From: Octopus sinensis | Taxonomy: Eukaryota | NCBI RefSeq assembly: GCF_006345805.1 | Contig: NC_043008.1 | Coordinates: forward strand, 33,604,001 to 33,668,000 | DNA length: 64,000 bases | Reading direction: 5' to 3' | Shown here: piece by piece, positions 57,279 through 64,000 of the stretch | How the letters are laid out: each line of letters begins with the position of its first letter | Position numbering within the stretch: the stretch's first letter is position 1 | Translations under genes and position numbers: made by a program | Notes under the pieces: model-generated | Seen by the model: only the letters and a program-made list of their open reading frames with translations | What the model was told of the DNA's origin: nothing | The model's database searches: none

Positions 57279-60233
57279 ATCATTATAAGTTTGGTTCTGC
57301 AGCTAGGAAATGTATTTCACTTTGTACATTTAAAACACAGGAAAACTAAAAAGCTGAACTCCAAGTGTGACTGCAGTTCCTGGTACATTTTCTCCTAGTC
57401 GCACATGTCTCGTACTAAATTTCGAGTCTAAAAAAGAATTTCTAGTCGATTCTGGAGTGTCCTGCAGTATATGGCCATCTAAATTTGTTAAAGAAAAACT
57501 TTTCACTTCTGACATATCTCTTCAAGCAGACAACAGCTCTCCTGTTAAAACTTTTGGTGAGATTTCACTCATGCTGGACTTGAATCTCAGATGAAGTTTC
57601 CAGTGGGTTTTCATCATTGCAGTGGTTTTCATCACTGCTGACTTTCTTCACCCAATTTTAGGAGCTGATTTTCTCCACCCATTTTTCATTATTAAAGGAT
57701 GTCAAAAAAAAAAGAGACTTATTGATAGCAGTACCCAGTTATGCACTTTAGGAATATATTTCAATTCCACTTCTGTCAGCCCAATATTTTTTATTGCAGA
57801 TCAACCAAATATCAAGCCTTGCTTCAATCCTTTCCTGAATTAACAAATTTAACTTTCAATGTCAATGCTTCAACACATACAACTATTCATCATATAACCA
57901 CCAATTGATCTCCCGTTTTCTCACGTCCTAGATGTTTACCACCTGAAAAACTCAAAGCTGCTAAAGCAGAGTTCAGCCACATGCTCCAGCTTGGTATAAT
58001 TCGTCCTTCAAAGAGTAACTGGTCATCACCACTCCATTTAGTGAAAAAGAAATCTGGTGATTTTAGATCTACTGGTCACTATAGACGACTCAACGCTATT
58101 ACCATTCCAGATAGGTATCCTATAACACGTATTCAAGATTTTGCATCTTCTCTGCATGGTTGCTCTATTTTCTTGAAAATAGATTTGATATGAACATACC
58201 ATCAGATTCCTGTCATCCCAAATGATATTCCGAAAATGGCTATTGCAACTCTATTTGGGTCATTTGAACTTCTTACCATGTTCTTTGGGTTAAGGAAAGC
58301 CGCCAGTACTTTTCTGCGTTTCATTGATGAAGTAATATGTGGATTAGATTTTGTCTGCGCCTATATTGACGATCTTCTCATCGATAGTTCTTCCAAGAAA
58401 GAACATGAGATTCATTTGAAGCAACATTTTGAAAGGTTTTCTCAATAAAAAATTTGTATCAACACTACCAAATGTATTTTCAGTGTGTCTTCTCTCACTT
58501 TCCTTGGACACACCATTGATAAGGATGGAATAAGGCCTTTGCCAGAAAAGGTGGAAGCAATAGTAAAAATTCCAGTTCCTGTTTCATTAAGACAGCTCAA
58601 ACAATTTCTTGGATTAGCTAATTTCTATCGACATTTTATACTTCATTGTGCTGAAATTTTCTACTCTCTCAGCAAATTACGGCAACACCACAAGAAGAGA
58701 AAGGAAAAGATCATTTTAACCCCTGCTAAAATACAAGCTTTCGATGATGCTAAACAGAAACTCTCTCGCATCTCCAAGTTGAAATTTCTCTTGTAGTTGA
58801 CACCTGAGAAATTGGCATCAGCGCAGTCATTCAACAACTTCACCATGGCGAATAGCAACCTCTGGCGATTTTCTCTAAGCAGTTAAAACCAGATGAAACT
58901 AAATATAATGCATTCAGTCATGAACTGTTAGCTATTTACCTCTCAGTTAAGCATTTCCAACACATTTTGGAAAGGAGAAACTTCACAATATTTATGGACC
59001 ATAAGCCGTTATCATTCACTTTACACTGCAAGCCAGATAAGTTGTCTCCGAAAGACATTCTGCATTTGGATTACATTTCACGATTCATGAGTGATATATG
59101 ATATATTCCAGTTTCTGAGAACATTGTTGCAGATTCTTTTTCCTATTTACCTGTAAATACGTTATTTTCAGCTGCAGAAATTAACTTGGATGAAATGTCG
59201 GAAGGTCAACCATCCGTTGATTTGAATAATATATACAACAACCAGAACTAATTCCTTTCGACCTCCAACATTTCCCAGTTGTGACATCAAACAAACAAAT
59301 CCTTTATGATTTTCCTCCTGGTAAACCCCACACTTTAGTTCTTCAAAAGCATCTCCGTATCATTTTCTCAGCGCTACACAATATTTCACATCCTGGTATA
59401 ACAGCAACATTGAAGCTTATTTCAGCTCATTTCATTTGGCCGAACATACGTCGAGATATAGCTAATTGGACTTCTACCTGTGTCGACTGTCAAAGATGCA
59501 AGGTACATAAACATATCCATGCACAGTTAGGTACTTCCTCCACTCCAGATGCACAATTCCAGCACATGTTGATATAGTAGGGCCTTGGTCTGTGAGTCAG
59601 GGCTACATGTTTTTATTAACCTGTATTGATCGTTTTTCCCACTGGCTAGAAGTCATTCCACTCACAGACATCTCTTCTCTAACTGTAGCACAAGTTCCTG
59701 AAAACAGGCAAGATATCAATACTATAAATTTTGTTGAATGCTTGCATGATTATATGTCAAAGTTACCACATATGAACACCAGAAAACAAGACATTAAAAC
59801 ATATTTGCCTAAGGACTATTCTTCCTGGACTCATGCTTTTATTTGCAATGATGCCATTCAACATCCTTTAACAGCACCGTATTCAGGACCCTTTCATGTA
59901 CTTTCTTGCACAGTTAAATTTTCATCTTAGATCTTAACAGTTGTAAAGGCACTATTCCTGTTGATAGACTAAAAACGGCTCACATTGAAAAAACTATTTC
60001 CAACCCCATTACAGACAACACACACAACATTACAAAAGCATCCTTTGCACATACCATCACAAATTCTGACTACCAACAGCGGTAGACAAGTGCATTGGTC
60101 CAAGAATTTAACAAACATTTATTACATTTGAACTGTGATATTGTTTCTACAGTTTGACATTTTATGATGTATACATTTTTGTTATTTTCATTATTGTATA
60201 GATGATGATGATGTTACCTCTGGTTAGGGTGTG

Positions 60234-60796
60234 TGTAGTGGTCTGTGTAGCTAAATAGTTGAATGATCTCCCTTACAAGGAAGATTATAGAGTAACCTCC
60301 CTTTACTAAATTTCTCGAAGCATCTATGTCATGAGATGTGATTCTTAATTATTCAAGAAGCTTAGCGTTTCTCTTGGAAGTTTCTAGAATGTCTAGCGTT
60401 CCATTAATAAAAACAGCTTGCAAACCCTGCTCTTCGCTTCTTAGTCGATTAGACTAAGAGCCATTCACCTAATTGCCATGTCTATCTATTTCTCTACGCC
60501 ACATGACTGAAAACCACCACTTAGCTGTTATTTCGCCATTTTCTATCTCTGAACTTTCTTGCATAGATTACTTCATTCAATTAGATTCTACATTTTGATT
60601 ATGTATCATCATCGACCAGTAAATAAAATATATCTTTATGTAGTAAAATATATTTTACAACATAAATGCAGTAAAATATATTTTTATGTAGTAAAGATAT
60701 AGTGCTTGAATTTATTCTTCATCTCTGTATGAATTCTTGTAATAATATACATGCAGCTATATCACAACCTGGTACTGAATATGTATTTCTACTACA
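60234..60796 (+). repeat. 3' LTR (563 bp)
   Basis: TGTAGTGG...CTACTACA; longer than the 5' LTR because of indels, including an internal duplication at about 60645-60700. Confidence 0.9.
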
Positions 60797-60844
60797 AATC
60801 ATATGATTTCACTTAGTATCTGTTGAAAAACAGCAGCAAAGATT

Positions 60845-61054
60845 TGACGGATATTTGTCCTCATCGTGTTTGTTGTTAACACGTTTCGGCTGATTTACCC
60901 TCCAGCCTTCTTCAGGTGTCATGTGGAAATTTCGAACCTGGTTCTCATTCCTAAGATATGTTTCGATATTGTTATTATTATTATTGTTGTTAGTGTAGGA
61001 ATCGAACTCGGAATCTTGGGGTTAGTAGCCCGCACTCTTAACCACTATGCCATC
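60845..61054 (-). mobile_element. tRNA-headed SINE carrying a hammerhead-ribozyme-like core
   Basis: A box TGGCATAGTGG (61052-61042), B box GAGTTCGATTCC (61009-60998), then GACAC-CTGAAGA-A-GGCTG-10nt-CAGCC-GAAAC-GTGTT (60920-60878). Confidence 0.7.
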
Positions 61055-62226
61055 AATAAAGTTTTTAAAAATAGAGGTAAAAATCTTTGAGAAATACTGT
61101 CATCCATACAACCTTAGAATTACTGGATGAGTATACCTTAACAAAGACCTGGAAGAAACTGCTCTGCTTACTAAAAAGGTTTTTGCCTAAATATGAGTTT
61201 GTTTGCATTAACTTAAGAATGATGTTAATGTTAACATTAACAATAGGTTGGCAAACTGGCAGAATTGATAGCACAGCAGACAAAATGTTTAGCAGCATTT
61301 CATCCATATCCATGTTTTGAATTCAAACTCCACTAAGGTCAACTTCGCTTGCCTTCCTTTTTGGGTTGATGAAGTAAGTACCAGTTGAGCACTGGGGTTC
61401 GATGAAATTGATGTATTTTATTGACTTGTTTTATGGCTAACATCATCATAGTTCCATTGTTTTTAGTGGCAAAAGACAATCTCTGAATAAATGAAAATAT
61501 TAAACAAGTAAGTACTGTACAGGAATATCTGTGGGAAGATTTGTGAATTGTAGACAAAAAAAAAAGTAAAAAGAAATGAAAAAGGAAAAGAAAACAAAGG
61601 AATACTAAGGATTGTTTTTGAAGTGAATTTTCAAATTCTGTTTGTTACTTTCAAGAACTTCCTGCTCTCAGCTACTATTCAAGTGAATTACACATACACA
61701 CATATGTATGTGTATACAAACATGCATGTATACATGTAAACATTTGCCTATATTTATATATAATTGCCTATATAACACACACACACACATTTAATTAAAG
61801 TCACACCAATATACTAAAATTACACACACATGTATTCATACAATCTCATTGACCAAATATATCTCACTTTAGAATCAAGCCTCAATATTGTTAGGAGTGG
61901 ATTAGATGCTGCTGTGTAGCACATATATATTGATTCACCATACTCTTCATTAGAATTAGTTTACCAAACCAACAAAAGAACTAACAAGCAAGCTGATCCC
62001 AACAAGATTTGAAATCAGAATATAAAGGATCAAAATTATTAAAAAAAAAAATTTACCTTGACACCGTACTGATTCAGAGCAGTCACTGATTTGTGGAAAT
62101 TATATTTTTAATTAACCAGTAAGTTGTGGTTCCTTATTTCCTCTACTTGTTTGTTTTTATCTTTTATCTTTCACTTGCTTTATTCATTGAACTGTAGAAC
62201 ATGCTGGGCCACAACCTTGAAGGGTT

Positions 62227-62580
62227 CAGGAGTTCTCAACCATTTCTCACCTACAGACCCCTTTCATTACTATTTTATTCTGGTGGACCCCCATCTCATT
62301 ACTATTCAATGTTCAAAAACTAGTTTTATAGAAACTTCTTTTAAAATTCCTATTTTGTTTTTCACACGTTAACTTGAGTTGGTCGAACTATATAAAATGT
62401 TAGAGAAAAAGCATCCAGCTGTTTCTTGCAATACATAACAATACATACATGTAAAGCAAAATTTTTTCAGGGGCCTTTAAAATAGTATTGTGGATCCCAA
62501 TCTATTATTTTGTTGCTTGGACCCACAAAAATCTTATATAGCCCATGAGGGTCCATGTTGACCCCAGTTGAGAACCTCTG
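62227..62580. mobile_element. hAT (Charlie-like) MITE
   Basis: Ends CAGGAGTTCTCAAC / GTTGAGAACCTCTG; TSD not recognisable. Confidence 0.5.
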
Positions 62581-63569
62581 GTTCAGATGAACACATTAAT
62601 CCCAGTACTTATTTATAAGCTAGGTACTTATTCTATTCGGCTCTATCATCAGACCACTAAGTTATGAGGATGTAAACAACAATGACGCACCCAACAGAAT
62701 CTAAACATACCACCTGCTGTATTAATTATTATTTCTTCTCTGAGCAAACTTGGAAATATCTGAAATTTATTGGAAAATAGTCATTTGTGCATTCTTATGT
62801 CAAATTCACCTTTCATCCTTTCAGAGTTAATGAAAAAAAAAAGTATTAATCCAGGGAGACGGATGAACAGAACTACAAAATCATTGGATCAAGTATCTTG
62901 TAGTATTTGTTCCAACTCAATGTGTTTTTGAGTTCAAATCTTGTCATAGTTTTGTTTGGGTCATGAGCAGAGTGGGCTACTCAACCTGAAGAAGACTCTA
63001 ACTGGGCCCCACCTGCAAGGTTGTAGGCTGTTTATAGTGTCTTTACAACAATTAAGGTCTATAGAGAAAAACTTATCCGTGTGTGAAAGAAAATGGAAAG
63101 GACCTGCATACAGTGCTGTTAACGGAGGTTTAATAAAATTGTTGGGCACAAAAATGCGAGCTAAAGGAGTAAAGCTTCTGTCAAGGGAGAGCTAGAAATG
63201 AAATTGTCAAATAGTTAAGAGGTTTTAAGCAGGAGTGATGTATTCAAAAATGGTAAAACTAGAAATTGTCAAGGATAAATTAAATTTATTATAGTTACTG
63301 AATATGTTAATGCTATTTAATTTCTGAACGTTTTTGCTGCTGTTTGTTTATGTAGTTTGATTTCTTTATTCATCAGTTTCTACTAAGATAGAGACACAAA
63401 TAAAAATAATAATAGAGAAACAAAAATAAAACTTTGGAAACAGAAATGCCACCATAACCTATGTGGAAACCATGAGTGTGCTTTTTATGGGAGATAATCA
63501 GAGAAAGACTTGAAAGCCAACATAAGATCGTAATACTTCATGTAAAGTAAAATAAATATAACGAATAAT

Positions 63570-63758
63570 CCAGAACCTTGTCTGGTACTGGACCAATCCG
63601 CAAATCTAATCAGTTTGTGCCAGTCATGAGGCCAAACATCCCTGAAAGTTTCATCTAAAACCATCCAGCAGTTCTTGAGATATTTTGTTCACAGACAAAC
63701 AAACAAACAAACACAACTGAAAGCAATACCTCTGCCTTCGCTAAGGTGGAGGTAATAA
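63570..63758 (-). mobile_element. DINE-1/HINE-like (Helentron-associated) element
   Basis: The - strand starts TTATTACCTCCACCTTAGCGAAGGCAGAGGTA (hairpin) followed by a (GTTT)n tract; a partial relative lies at about 11165-11270. Confidence 0.55.
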
Positions 63759-64000
63759 ATGCCCTGATACAGTACTAGCTCTCATAGCTTTTGATCTTAA
63801 ATGATTGGAAGTGTTATCATGTACATGTTTTGTCGTGGTATAAAAGATGGGCAACAGCAAATATTCTGCTCAATACCACAGATTCGCTTGTCAGTTGCTT
63901 GACCATAACCAGTTGAGCATGTTCTTTAATGGCTGACAGTATGTACATCTTTGGTCACAAGCAGAAGCAGTTGGTGAGCATCATAGCTATGTGTTGAAAG

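Larger units (their letters stand above)
56782..60796 (+). mobile_element. Ty3/Gypsy LTR retrotransposon, CsRn1-like, gag-deleted, pol disrupted
   Basis: Two LTRs, a tRNA-Trp PBS, protease FLVDSG (about 57440-57456), RT ...YIDDLLI (YIDD 58362-58373), RNase H HELLAIYLSVKHF, integrase HHCC; flanks AATT/AATC suggest a 4-bp TSD. Confidence 0.92.

Noticed and set aside
60990-61054. tRNA gene
   Set aside because: It has A/B boxes and an anticodon-like loop but no pairing acceptor stem or T-run terminator; it is a SINE head. The same applies to 4770-4844.
1275-63195. Most remaining 60-155 aa ORFs (YIYI-, CVCV-, THTH-, YLSI-rich)
   Set aside because: They are translations of microsatellites, SINE bodies or antisense TE sequence, often with non-ATG starts.

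Overview
AT-rich, microsatellite-rich animal DNA. Its SINE/MITE content looks like an Octopus (coleoid cephalopod) genome; this is recognition of repeat families, not a database result. The window holds one intact protein-coding gene, a 13-exon PDIA3/ERp57 protein disulfide-isomerase on the + strand. The CDS runs 22478-48747: 1500 nt, 499 aa, all GT-AG introns, a signal peptide, two WCGHCK active sites, a basic tail and a KKEL ER-retrieval end. About 300 bp upstream of the ATG there is an overlapping UPRE + ERSE-II element, an ETS site and a perfect DR4. Almost everything else is transposon-derived: several tRNA-headed SINE families, RTE and CRE LINE fragments, two Ty3/Gypsy LTR remnants (CsRn1-like, gag-less, both LTRs present; and an older Mag-like one), mariner, maT and hAT transposase relics, non-autonomous Helitrons, piggyBac- and Kolobok-type MITEs, and a set of GG-ended MITEs with 8-9 bp TSDs (Merlin-like) that carry TTAGGG tracts. 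The best leads are a tRNA-headed SINE with a hammerhead-ribozyme core (60845-61054, -), a C/D-box snoRNA-like architecture (21487-21597), two miRNA-sized hairpins (516-590, 45493-45580), the UPR/DR4 promoter module, and the telomere-repeat MITEs. Most ORFs in the supplied track are spurious or TE-derived.
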